Below are positions 41,621 to 51,644 of a stretch of DNA of 64,000 bases, one piece after another; the stretch's first letter is position 1; each line of letters starts with the position of its first letter. The position numbers were made by a program, and so were the translations under genes. Below the pieces are notes generated by a model. It was given only the letters and a program-made list of their open reading frames with translations, did not search any database and was not told where the DNA came from. Source of the stretch: Candidatus Latescibacterota bacterium (GTDB taxonomy: Bacteria > Latescibacterota > UBA2968 > UBA8231); assembly GCA_965248265.1 (NCBI GenBank), contig CBDFJF010000001.1, forward strand, positions 152,822 to 216,821, in the 5' to 3' direction.

Positions 41621-41869
41621 TCACCGCACTCGGACACCAGAACTTCTCGATCTGCGCAGGGGATATGAACCGGTATGAACTGGCCGGAACCACCAGAGGT
41701 GGACCTGCAACCCGACGATAAAGCCGCCAACGAAGAAGCTGACGATGTGCAGCAGTCCCTGTGAGAGGAATTGCAGGCTGATCGACATGTAGCGGCTAAT
41801 CAGCACGTCGCCAATGAGTCCCCCCAGCAGTAACTCAACGGCGATGAATATCCCCATGCTGGCGAACAT
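41621..41869 (-). CDS. Small two-TM membrane protein (start chosen at MFASMGIF)
   Basis: 'MFASMGIFIAVELLLGGLIGDVLISRYMSISLQFLSQGLLHIVSFFVGGFIVGL'. Abuts the cupredoxin gene with a 4-bp overlap. Confidence 0.3.
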   Translation of the reverse strand: MFASMGIFIAVELLLGGLIGDVLISRYMSISLQFLSQGLLHIVSFFVGGFIVGLQVHLWWFRPVHTGSYPLRRSRSSGVRVR

Positions 41870-41997
41870 CCAGACCTTCGAGAAAGGCCGCGAATCGTTC
41901 ACTCTGTCTCCTTCTTCCACGCGTGGCAACTTAGCGGCTCCACACAAGAGCCAGACAGGCGTCCAGCGGGGCATCGCTTCACTACCCTGTGTGTGGA

Positions 41998-42411
41998 TCA
42001 ATATCCCCCAGTACTCGTTCCCGAAGTCCGGGTCGTGGCGACTGGTCGGCGCGTAATTGACAACGTCCCTTCCATGCCCTGTGCCCGATGGCCGGGAACG
42101 GCGCAGTAGAAGATATAGGTCCCTTCCGAGACGCCGCTCAATTGCGCGCTGGTCGTGTCACCTGCTGGTATATCCACATTGACGTTGAGAGCATCGATAG
42201 TGAGCGTATGGCCCATATCCGCGCTACTCAATCGTATGGTGACCTCGTCTCCCGGATCAAAGGCAATCCCTCCCGGATTGAACTGGAACGTACTGGCGGT
42301 CATCTCAATGACGCCGTTCGATGGACGGGTTGGCCCGCCGCTATCATCTTCACAGGATGTGAGAAGGCAAGAGGTGAGGGCGGCGATGAAAACACCTGCG
42401 ATAGTTTTCAT
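41998..42411 (-). CDS. Type-1 (blue) copper cupredoxin lipoprotein
   Basis: Lipobox 'LTSC'. 'TYIFYCAVPGHRAQGMEGTL' is the Cys-x-x-His-x-x-x-x-Met copper-ligand loop of plastocyanin/azurin-like proteins. Confidence 0.65.
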   Translation of the reverse strand: MKTIAGVFIAALTSCLLTSCEDDSGGPTRPSNGVIEMTASTFQFNPGGIAFDPGDEVTIRLSSADMGHTLTIDALNVNVDIPAGDTTSAQLSGVSEGTYIFYCAVPGHRAQGMEGTLSITRRPVATTRTSGTSTGGY

Positions 42412-42583
42412 AATTCCGGATTCTTCACTTTTGTCAAATAGCCACAATCAGAAGGAACCGTGTCACGATCATTCCTCCTGTGCAGTGATGCTAAGTGGGG
42501 GCAGGCGAGAGTTTGATGTGGCGAGGGATGGGCGTCAAGCGTATGTCCGGATAACGAAGGAAGTGCAGAATGGTTGTCCGAAT

Positions 42584-43477
42584 CTACGGCCTGCTACCGT
42601 ACTTTAACTCACCCCAACCCCTTGGTGTGACAGCCGTTGGCGCGTCACCCATACGCAACACACGAACACCAACGAAACCACTTTCGCCGCGTGGGGAGCC
42701 GCCAGCCCGAAACGCCGAGCGAGTGCTTCGGCCTGCATTGCGGAAGTATCCGCCCCGAAAGACACGGACATTGGAGTCTGTTTTTGGCGTTAACGGGTCA
42801 ATCTGGGGGTCATTCGTGTACATTCCAAACCCGTCCTGTACCCACTCGAACACATTCCCGTGCATATCATAAAGACCCCATGGATTCGGTAACTTCGAAC
42901 CCACCGGCTGGCCATACTGCAAACCTATGTCCCAAGCGTTCTTTCCATACCATGCGTAGTCTTCTAACTGGCTCTCATCATCGCCGAAGGACCACAGGGT
43001 GGTAGTTCCGGCTCGACACGCATATTCCCATTCTGCCTCTGTCGGCAATCGATACAGTTCCTCGCCCTCCATTTCGTTCAAACGGCTGAAGAGTATCAAG
43101 GCAACGTTATACGAAATGTAAACCGCAGGGTGGTCCGGGTTGGACTGCACGAAGTCCTGGCCTGACCACGGAGTCCTACCCATCACCGCCTCCCACTGTC
43201 CCTGGGTGATCTCAAACTTCCCCAGATAAAAACCCTGACTGATCGTCACGCTGTGTGCGGGTTGATCCTCTTGGAACTCGCCGTCCAACACTTCATCTCC
43301 CAGTGGGCCAGAGCGGTAAGCTTGCGCCTGTTCTTCAGTCGTTCCCATGACGAATGTGCCTGGCTCAATCCACACCATCTCCATCGTCGCGCCGCCAGGT
43401 AAGTCCACGGTGATCTCCGTGTTTGCGCTTACGCTCGTCACCGAAAGCATGAGAATGCATGTTAGCTTTTTCATCAT
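42584..43477 (-). CDS. Formylglycine-generating-enzyme (SUMF1/EgtB/PvdO) family protein, secreted
   Basis: 'YRLPTEAEWEYACRAGTTTLWSFGDD', 'HGNVFEWVQD', 'RGGYFRNAGRSTRSAFR'. Signal peptide MMKKLTCILMLSVTSVSA. Confidence 0.75.
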   Translation of the reverse strand: MMKKLTCILMLSVTSVSANTEITVDLPGGATMEMVWIEPGTFVMGTTEEQAQAYRSGPLGDEVLDGEFQEDQPAHSVTISQGFYLGKFEITQGQWEAVMGRTPWSGQDFVQSNPDHPAVYISYNVALILFSRLNEMEGEELYRLPTEAEWEYACRAGTTTLWSFGDDESQLEDYAWYGKNAWDIGLQYGQPVGSKLPNPWGLYDMHGNVFEWVQDGFGMYTNDPQIDPLTPKTDSNVRVFRGGYFRNAGRSTRSAFRAGGSPRGESGFVGVRVLRMGDAPTAVTPRGWGELKYGSRP

Positions 43478-43625
43478 GGTCCCTTCACCTTCGCATGATC
43501 CAACGCCCACTCCAGTACGCCATCGTCGGAACACGGCTCGACGTACTGCTGCAACCTGCCCAGCAGATCTGTCATCGTGACTGATTGAATCCAAGGTTAC
43601 CATCCAGCGCCACCCTTATGTCGTG

Positions 43626-43895
43626 CTACTCCGACTCGATCCGGTCTGGACTCTGGACGAACCAATCCACGTGGCCGCAATTCGCACAGATCAAGGTCGT
43701 GGCGGATTTGTTCGCCCAGTCCAAGTTCAAGAGCGTCAAACCGGCCGTATTGAGCTGTGCCGATCCCTGCTCGAACTCTTCGAGCCCGCAGTGAGAGCAG
43801 GTGATGAGCTTGTCCTTGAGAGTAAATCGACCGGGAGCGAACGAGGTCGCTGCGGCCTGTACGCCCCTTCTCAAAGCTGTCAGAAGCTTCGCCAT
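43626..43895 (-). CDS. Zinc-ribbon protein (two CxxC: CSHCG...CANCG)
   Basis: 89-aa ORF with paired CxxC about 35 aa apart. Confidence 0.35.
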   Translation of the reverse strand: MAKLLTALRRGVQAAATSFAPGRFTLKDKLITCSHCGLEEFEQGSAQLNTAGLTLLNLDWANKSATTLICANCGHVDWFVQSPDRIESE

Positions 43896-44005
43896 GGTCT
43901 CCTCCAGATTGCGATTCCGATGTGGGGATTCGGGAAGATGTGTACGCAGCCTGCCATTGTGATCACGAGTGTAGTCGGTGGGAGTGAAGGGTCAAGAGTG
44001 GCGCA

Positions 44006-45460
44006 CTATCTCAGCAGCAGGAGCTTCCGCGTTTCCACTCGCTCGCCAGCTTGTAATCGATACAGATACACGCCACTGGCTAGCTCACGCTCGTTATCAT
44101 CTCGACCGTTCCATCGAAGGGTATACGTCCCCGCACTTCGATAACCGCGCAGCAGACTCGCCACCTTCTGTCCTGCGAGGTTGTATAAGGATAGATCAAC
44201 CTCGTCGGCGGTAGGCAGGGCGAAGCGAATGACGGTGTTGCTATTGAAGGGATTGGGGTAGTTCTGCCGTAGCGCAATCTGGTGCGGCAGTGTCGGCGCT
44301 GGTTCTTCTTCCACGGCAGTCGGCAACGGGAGTGCTGGGTCATGCGCCGCGAGCATGGCTTCGCGGTATTCGACCGGGAGAAGCGGCCATTCGTCGGGAC
44401 CGGGTCGCCTCCAGAGATTCACGTTCTGACTGTAGACCCAGACATATTCGTCGGTGTGCTCGAGGGCGCCTCGCAACGCCGTGGTCAACTCGGTAGGTGA
44501 GTAGTAGTTGCTGTTGAAATTCTCGGTGGAGAAGCCGCTGGAGCTGCTGCCGATGAATATGGGGAACGCGATCCGGGCGTGGCGGTCGAACTTCTCCGGC
44601 ACCCTGCTGTGAGCTCGGACTTCGGTCTTGAATTCCATCGCCACCTCCTCGAACTGGGCGGCCGTCTTGAACTTGTAGGCTTTCTCCGCGCCATCGATGA
44701 TCATGGCCTCGCCAGAGCATTCCGACAGCAGCCCGTCGAAGAACGGGCGCGTGAGATCGAAGTGGTCGCGCGACGCCCCAAAGTTCGAGTGCACCGGCCC
44801 GAGAAGGGTGATTATCCTGATGTCCGGGTAGACGGAGCTGACGGCCCGCATGATCTCGGCACCGCGCTCGAATACCTTGTCGTAGTATGCCTCGATCGTC
44901 CTGGGAGCGAGGTGGTTAACGCGTTGGGAGTCCCACAGGTTCGTGGCATTGTAGGCCTCGTTGTCGAACAAGAAACCCACCATGCCGGCGCGTTTGCAGT
45001 ACTCGGCGGCCACCTTCCAGTTGCTCACGACGGCGTCGAACTCAGAATCGAACCAGTTCGGCACCTTCAAGCCCGCTATGCCGGGGTCGAGGTAGACGAG
45101 AAGGAAATTCTCCATATACAAATTCGTATCAGCCGACCGCATGAGCTCAATGCCGGTATCGAGATCCACGAGGCGGTGGAAATCTTTCCGGAACAAACGG
45201 CCAACTGCCTCGGTGCGGAGGCCGTCCTTTTCGGTAATCGGGTAGATCGTAACGCCGTCGACGACTGGCATGACTCTTTCCATCTCACGCACATCGTCGA
45301 AGAACATGCGGGCAGTGGGTCTGCCGCTGAAGGAGATGACTTTCTTGCCGGTGTGAGCGGGCTGACTCCATCCCGGAATCGCGAACACCAGGATCAGGCC
45401 CAGGACCAGCAGCGAGCTGACGCAGCACAAGGTGCAATACCATTGGATGAATCGGTTCAT
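44006..45460 (-). CDS. Secreted protein with T9SS type-A C-terminal sorting domain (Por_Secre_tail)
   Basis: C-terminal 'LRQNYPNPFNSNTVIRFALPTADEVDLSLYNLAGQKVASLL...GTYTLRWNGRDDNERELASGVYLYRLQAGERVETRKLLLLR'. N-terminal signal/TM. The body is unassigned. Confidence 0.65.
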   Translation of the reverse strand: MNRFIQWYCTLCCVSSLLVLGLILVFAIPGWSQPAHTGKKVISFSGRPTARMFFDDVREMERVMPVVDGVTIYPITEKDGLRTEAVGRLFRKDFHRLVDLDTGIELMRSADTNLYMENFLLVYLDPGIAGLKVPNWFDSEFDAVVSNWKVAAEYCKRAGMVGFLFDNEAYNATNLWDSQRVNHLAPRTIEAYYDKVFERGAEIMRAVSSVYPDIRIITLLGPVHSNFGASRDHFDLTRPFFDGLLSECSGEAMIIDGAEKAYKFKTAAQFEEVAMEFKTEVRAHSRVPEKFDRHARIAFPIFIGSSSSGFSTENFNSNYYSPTELTTALRGALEHTDEYVWVYSQNVNLWRRPGPDEWPLLPVEYREAMLAAHDPALPLPTAVEEEPAPTLPHQIALRQNYPNPFNSNTVIRFALPTADEVDLSLYNLAGQKVASLLRGYRSAGTYTLRWNGRDDNERELASGVYLYRLQAGERVETRKLLLLR

Positions 45461-45630
45461 ATGATGGTCCCCTTTGGTGGCTGTAGGATACACTTTTGCA
45501 AGAGACGTGCCAAGAAGGGCGACAGGAGAGTCAGGCGGTGCTAACTCATTGTTGCTGTGGGGATTGAGGTTAGCAGACTGTTTCCCGGACACATCGAGGC
45601 CGTGAGTCCGGTTTTCTGGACGGATTTCGT

Positions 45631-45931
45631 GGGTAGAATAGTTACGGGCTTCTCCTTCTCTACTCTCTCCCTCTCTCTGACTTTTCTACCCCTCAAAAGG
45701 GATGTGAGGTGATTTCATGGGTAGAGTTGTTACCGTTGGTATGTCTCTTTCTTTCTCTCATTCTCTCTAACATTTCTACCCTTCAAATCGAATGGCATGC
45801 GACTGAAGGTGCTCCCCCATCAGTGTCGATGTCGATCAAATGTTCTGTGAGGCCACGAAGTTGCCCACATTCGTCGATCGGTATGTAGGTGGCGTAACAG
45901 GTACCCGCAGACATTATAGAGCGTCAGAACG
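45631..45931 (+). repeat. Repeat R1 copy 2
   Basis: See 28692-28990. Lies immediately 5' of the T9SS-protein gene start. Confidence 0.6.
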
Positions 45932-46011
45932 CCTGTAGAACGCCTCAGCGCCATCTTCATCAACATCTACGGACAATTCGACCCGGATCTATACACACTG
46001 CCGATGTTGCC

Positions 46012-46296
46012 TTACTGCAAGTCAGGCTTCCGAGATAGCGTTGAATGGTTCATAAGCCAGTAGCAAAGGACGCCCAGACCGGGAACCGAAAATGCGAGTA
46101 GCGACCATATCCACGGACCAAAATCCATAGCCAGGGACGGTAGCTGATGGGCATTCTTTTGCACCGAGATACCAATCGCTATTTGAACAACGACTAAACA
46201 CACGACGGCCAGAATGAACGGGGCGTAGATGACGATGAAAACAAATGGTACAAGAGCCATTTCCATGTGATCAATCTCCTCTGACGTTGCTACCAA
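46012..46296 (-). CDS. Small hydrophobic membrane protein
   Basis: 'MEMALVPFVFIVIYAPFILAVVCLVVVQIAIGI...'. Lower GC. Confidence 0.3.
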   Translation of the reverse strand: MVATSEEIDHMEMALVPFVFIVIYAPFILAVVCLVVVQIAIGISVQKNAHQLPSLAMDFGPWIWSLLAFSVPGLGVLCYWLMNHSTLSRKPDLQ

Positions 46297-46326
46297 TCAT
46301 CGTAAGTTGCTTTTCATATGCGTGGG

Positions 46327-46438
46327 ACTGACACACTGACACAGTCCGACACAGAATTGGGGTAGGTTGCTATAGTGGGGATTTGCTGTATTGCAGAGCT
46401 TACCCTACAACCGTGTCGGGGTACGTCAGTGTGTCAGT
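46327..46438. mobile_element. MITE-like element copy 2 (14-bp TIRs, 112 bp)
   Basis: 'actgacacactgac...gtcagtgtgtcagt'. Extended imperfect inverted repeat of about 27 bp. Confidence 0.5.
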
Positions 46439-46532
46439 TGAAGCAGCATTCACGCGTTTACCCGCACTGCCAAACCGGTAACGTCGTCGCCCTGCGGAGC
46501 CGATCCCAGAGAAGGTCGAAACATGACTCGCT

Positions 46533-49500
46533 TCATCGCGCCGCCAGCTTTAGTTGTGACTCCTCCAGCCTCCGAACGACAGCGGTCAGTGCGTCCAACT
46601 GCAGTCGCAACTCATCGTTACTCCGAGCCAACGTTTCCTTTTCGGATCGCAGTTCCGACAACTCAGCCTCCACCTGAGTCAATTCGGCACTACCAGACGC
46701 GGCCTTCTCGTGCTGTTGCTCGATGATCCCTTGCTGTTCCTGAATAGCCTTGACGAGAACAGGGACGAAATCGGAATAGTAAAGGCCCAGGGTCTGGTCA
46801 GGATCGTCGCCGATGTGGACGACCTCGTCGATTACAGTCCGCACCTCCTGGGCGATCAAACCAAGCTTCCTGCCCCGTTCAGGCCGGTCCTTCCAGGTAT
46901 AGGAGACAGGGTGCAGACGCATCACTTCGTTGAGCCCATATGGACTGTCCTGGATACTCTCCTTCATCCGGCGATCTGACGTGTTCACCGAACCACTAAC
47001 GGCGAATACGTCCGTCCATCGATTACCCGATGCACCGCAAGAAATTGTGTTGTCAGTGAGCGGCCTGATGTTACCACCGAAATCGACAATACCAGCACCG
47101 AACTGGATGTTATTTCCAGCCGGTTGGATCCAAAGCTTTTTGCTATTCAGCGACTGTATGTAACCACCATTTGCATCAACGCCAACGGCTACCTGACTGA
47201 GTGCTCCGCCACTCTGTCCGTTAGTCGCCATTATGTGCTGCCCGCTGCCGCCCGGTGTGGCATCTACCTTGGATACCAACAGCGGGTGAGATCCGGAAGG
47301 ACTCGTCGTGCCGATGCTGACGTTGCCACCTGTGGGTTGCAACACTATCTCAGTGCCGCTCTGTGATAGGAGTTCCAAATCTCCTGTTGTCCCATCACGT
47401 GTTATAGAACCGGATGTTGCGGACGCGAAGAGAAGGGACAGATCCACACCGGCAGACTTCAGCAAAACATTACCAGTCACTTCAAGCTTTTCTCCTGGTG
47501 CTGTGTTGCCGATGCCGACATCGTTGGCTGACGTGATGCGCATCGCCTCACTGCCACCCGTGTGGAATAGGATGGGAAGGCTGTTGGATTGAAGATAAAG
47601 GGCGGATTCGTCAACAGGTGAATAGAGCCATCCCTGCAGGTTCGCATCCTTCATGACCCGAAAACCACTATTGAGACTACCCGCGGATTGAGCCGTGACA
47701 TCGATATAGGTCGTGGCCGCACCTCCATCCACAACCAGTTCCTCTGCCGGACTCGTCGTGCCGATGCCGACGTTGCCGGCTGCGCTCACGGTCATCCTCG
47801 TCGTCGAGCCCGTCTGAAATTGAATGTCACGGGAGCCCGAGTTGTGTCCGATCTGTAGTCCAGTGGCATCAATGTGATCGACCGTGCTGGCGAAGCTTGC
47901 ACCTTCGAGCTTCAGCCCAACGGATCCAGAAAGCACATCTCGGGCGTGTACCCGAGTAGTCGGTGCTGTTGTGCCCACGCCCACGTTGCCAGCATCGTCC
48001 ACGACAAGCCGATATGTGGCGACACTCGTCTCGGCCTTATCCCGTACCTGGAAGAGCCACCAGGCGTTCTGCAATGCGGGGATGGCCGAATAGGCATCGG
48101 ACCAGACTCCACTTTGCCACTTTATGTTTCCGCTCGTTCTGTCGAAATACTCGATCGTCCCATAATTATTAGTACCGTCATCATACCGCATTCGCATCGT
48201 GAAGAATGGTCCCAGGTCAACGTCTATTGGAGTAATAGGGCTTGTTGTTCCGATTCCGAGCCCCCCATCCTTCCAGTACATATAGGCTTCCGACAGATCA
48301 CCTTTCCAAAGTGCCAGGTCGTCTATGTTGTTGCTCTGCTGAAACCGGACTTTGCCCGTTCCCCTTGTGAACGTGAGCTGATCGCCTCCTGTTCCTTCGG
48401 CCACGTGGAGTTTTGCCAACGGCGAAGTAGTGCCTATACCCACGTTGCCATTCACCGTCAGTCCCCCAACTCCTGCGACATCGACAGCACCGTTGTCCGC
48501 TGTGATGGTGCGGCCAGCTCCCGCTCCACCTTCGTCGTAGGCTTCGTCAAGTGTATTCTGCGTGTCGGTGTCGGTATTGGTGTCGGTGGCGTTGAAGGTG
48601 AGGGTGTTGCCGGAAGGAGCGATGGCCATGTTAGTACCAGCGGCCAGAGTGACTGCGTCAGTAAGGCTGTTCACCGTCAGAACCACCGCACCTGCGGCAA
48701 CATCGCCTGCCACTATGGTCGCATTGGCAATCTCAGCCGAGGTGACCGCACCAGGGGCAATCTTGGCAGTTGTGACAGCGGCGGCGGCCAGTTCCGTGGT
48801 CCCAACTCCACCTGCGGCGATATCGAGGGTTACATCGCCCGTGGTGCCGCCATTGGCAAGGCCCGTACCCGCCGTTACGCCAGTGATGTCACCCCCGGCG
48901 GTGGCGGCAATAGTCAGGGTGTTACCGGCCGGGGTGATGTTGATGTTAGATCCCGCGGCCAGAGTGACGGCATCGGTCAGGGTGTTGAGAGTGGTGACCA
49001 CTGCGCCACCTGCTATATCGCCAGCGCCGATGGTCGCATCGAGGATCTTCGCACTCGTCACCGCGTCATTGGCCAGATCGGCTGTAGCAATGGTGGCGTC
49101 CAGGATTTCATCGGTGGCCACAGCGCCTGTGGCAATGTCAGTGGCGACAATGGTTGCGTCGGCGATCTTTGCACTCGTTACCGCATCGGGGGCCAGATCA
49201 GCCTCCGCAACTGCACCGTCGATGATCTTGGCACCTGTGATCGAGTTGTCTGCTATGTCGCCAGTGCCCACCTCATTTCCACCGGTGGTCGAGATCGTGA
49301 TGTTCTGGCCGACTTGAACGATGTCGATGTTGGCACCCTCAAGCAGGGTTACGTCGTTGGTGGCCGAGTTGAGACTCAATACCGCCGTGTCCGTGGCCAA
49401 CTTGGCTGCCGTCACCGAGGCGTCCTGGATCTTGGCAGTCGTTACTGCATCGGCCGCGATCTCTGCCTCGCTCACGGCATCGGCGGCTATCTGCGTCGCC

Positions 49501-50323
49501 GTTACCGCATCGTCTGCCAGATCAACGGTTGCAATCGTGCCGTCTGCCAGTTTGGCCGAAGTCACCGCGCCATCGGCCAGGTCAGCAGTACCAATGGCAC
49601 CGTCGGTGATCTTGGCGGAGGTCACCGCATTGTCAGCCAATTCAGATCCGGCTGTAGTGATCGTAACCGTATTACCGGCAGTGGCCACCGTGACGTTATC
49701 ACCACCTGCGATCGTGACCCCGTCGGTGACGTTGTTTACGCTCGTCACTACCGCTCCCGAAGCGATGTCGGCTGAGCCTTGCTGCCATCGGCGATCTTGG
49801 CTGCAGTCACGGCATCATCGGCCAGCGCTTCACCAGTGATCGCTGCATCGGCAATCTTGGCGCTGGTTACTGAGTCTTCCGCAAGCTGCTCCGTACCCAC
49901 GGCGTTGGCAGCGATCTTATCCGCAGTCACCGCGCCGTCTTCGACATCCTTGGCATAGAGGCTGTAGGGAGCCGCTACCAGTGCAATGCGCGGCGACAAC
50001 TCATCGCCTGCGCCAATCGAGATCCCCAGGAAATAGGCTCGGTCGAAGGGCACCTCATCCAGAGACGCACTCTCGCCCAGTACCACATCGAAAAGCCCCT
50101 TGCTCGTCGTTACCGTCCGCGTCGCCGTCCACACGGCAGCACCCCCTGCGGTCTGCTCGTACAGGCGGAAGGTGATCTCATGGTCACCATCTGTGACGAC
50201 ATCGCCCGCGGCATCGCTCAGGTAGCCCATGTAGGAAATGGTCTTGGGCACGGCCTCCTGGGCGTGGGCGGTCGATAGGGAAATTGCAAGGCAAAGTGAG
50301 ATGGCAAGCAGGGATTTCATCAC
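46533..50323 (-). pseudogene. Giant secreted tail-fibre-like protein 2 (about 1262 aa if joined), with a frameshift near 49770-49783; paralog of 30397-34353
   Basis: N-terminal ORF 49748-50323 (signal peptide 'MMKSLLAISLCLAISLSTAHAQ' plus conserved N-domain) ends 'KIADGS|KAQPTSLRER*'. The paralog DNA at 33790-33815 is one nucleotide longer at this point. The remainder (46533-49748) carries the same 4 beta modules, a divergent distal part, S74 'SDRRMKESIQDSPYGLNEVMRLHPVSYTWKD...LGLIAQEV' and the coiled coil '...VRRLEESQLKLAAR'. Confidence 0.65.
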
Positions 50324-50376
50324 AACATCTCCTCAGTGAGATTCTTATTCGAGCATCTGGTGCAGACACTACACCA

Positions 50377-50430
50377 TAGTGGCGGGAGTGATGGTACGGA
50401 GATCCGGAGGGGGAACCAAGCGATGGCAGG
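50377..50430 (-). promoter_or_regulatory. Conserved upstream box C (TTGGTT-17-TACCAT)
   Basis: 'tagtggcgggagtgatggtacggagatccggagggggaaccaagcgatggcagg', 55-105 nt upstream of ATG 50323. Confidence 0.4.
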
Positions 50431-50711
50431 ATAGCCTGCATTCCATCATAACCGCTGCTACAGCATCGCCATCACGAGGGCTCTGAGGCTATCTGGCGGG
50501 CAGATGTGCAGATACTTGGATTAGGGCAGGTGTGCAGATGGGTGCGGATGCATATCAGGGTCCCCACTTTCACGGATTACAGAAAAGGGGTGCCGGGCCT
50601 GGGGGGCGAGGTAGGGTAGGGGGAGTCGGGTCAGTCCGAATCGACGTCTTCGTGCTCCCTCGGTGCAGAATTTCGGAGTGATGTGGTACAAATGTGGTAC
50701 GCCGAAGGACT

Positions 50712-51479
50712 TTAGAACCGTAACCTGTTGTTATTATTTAGGATATCCCAACTCACCGCACTCGGACACCAGAACTTCTCGATGTACCCAATAACAAGCT
50801 GAGTCCCCTCCTCATGTCCAACGTAAGGCGGGGTCGCCGGATTGTACATCGCATCGGTGAGATCCCGGATCAGGGTCACATCCAATCCCCACTTGACCAT
50901 CTGCTTGATGCCGAAAGTCCGGTTGATCACACACATGTTCGTGTGCACTCCCATGATCAGTAGATGGTGCACGCCGCGTGACGCCAGAAAGCTGTAGATC
51001 TCACCACCGTCATCGGCGATGCCGTCACGCACTTCGTCGATGTCGATACCAGGATGCTGGCTTGACCAGGCTTTGAACGACTGCACTTCACCGGTGTCGG
51101 AACCACCATTGGGCGCACCGAAGGGGAGATCCGGGTCCTCACGCTCGGTTTCCGCCGGCGGCTCCACCGGCTCACATTCTTGAATCCTGAGACGCGCCGC
51201 GTTGTCGGCGTAGAATTCGAGCGTATCGGAGGGTGCATGCACGATGGTAACACCGCGATCTCGGAGCGCATGCGAGACTTCGTTCATGCGCGGAACCATC
51301 TCATCCACGCGCTCGGTTGCCCCCTTGGTCCAGTGCTTGTCCCACACGTCGCACAACAAGAGGGCGGTTTGCTCACATGGCAGTCCGGCTTGCTGCTCCA
51401 GCACTTCCCAGTACGCACGATCGGCCGCATCGCGCTTCATCTGTTGCCAGCGCCGATTGATCTTGATGACTCCGGCCAT
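50712..51479 (-). CDS. Isochorismatase-family (cysteine hydrolase) protein
   Basis: 'HLLIMGVHTNMCVINRTFGIKQMVKWGLDVTLIRDLTDAM' is the isochorismatase-like G..T..CV..T.RDA core. Confidence 0.5.
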   Translation of the reverse strand: MAGVIKINRRWQQMKRDAADRAYWEVLEQQAGLPCEQTALLLCDVWDKHWTKGATERVDEMVPRMNEVSHALRDRGVTIVHAPSDTLEFYADNAARLRIQECEPVEPPAETEREDPDLPFGAPNGGSDTGEVQSFKAWSSQHPGIDIDEVRDGIADDGGEIYSFLASRGVHHLLIMGVHTNMCVINRTFGIKQMVKWGLDVTLIRDLTDAMYNPATPPYVGHEEGTQLVIGYIEKFWCPSAVSWDILNNNNRLRF

Positions 51480-51644
51480 GTTAGTGCCCTGTTACGGAAG
51501 TAGGTTTGTGAAATGAGGGCGCCGAGTCGCCCGACCTGCAAGGCGCGCGAGCGAGGCATATTGGTGGAATATGCCGAGAGAGCGCAACGCAGTAGGTCGG
51601 GATGAATCGGCGGCCGAATACAAGAGTACTTCCGTGACAGGGCA

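Noticed and set aside
30397-50323. Possibility that the fibre genes mark a prophage or a diversity-generating retroelement (DGR) target.
   Set aside because: No capsid, terminase, baseplate, sheath, integrase or reverse-transcriptase genes, and no template-repeat/variable-repeat pair, are visible in the window. The proteins carry Sec signal peptides. They are kept as bacterial surface or secreted fibres.
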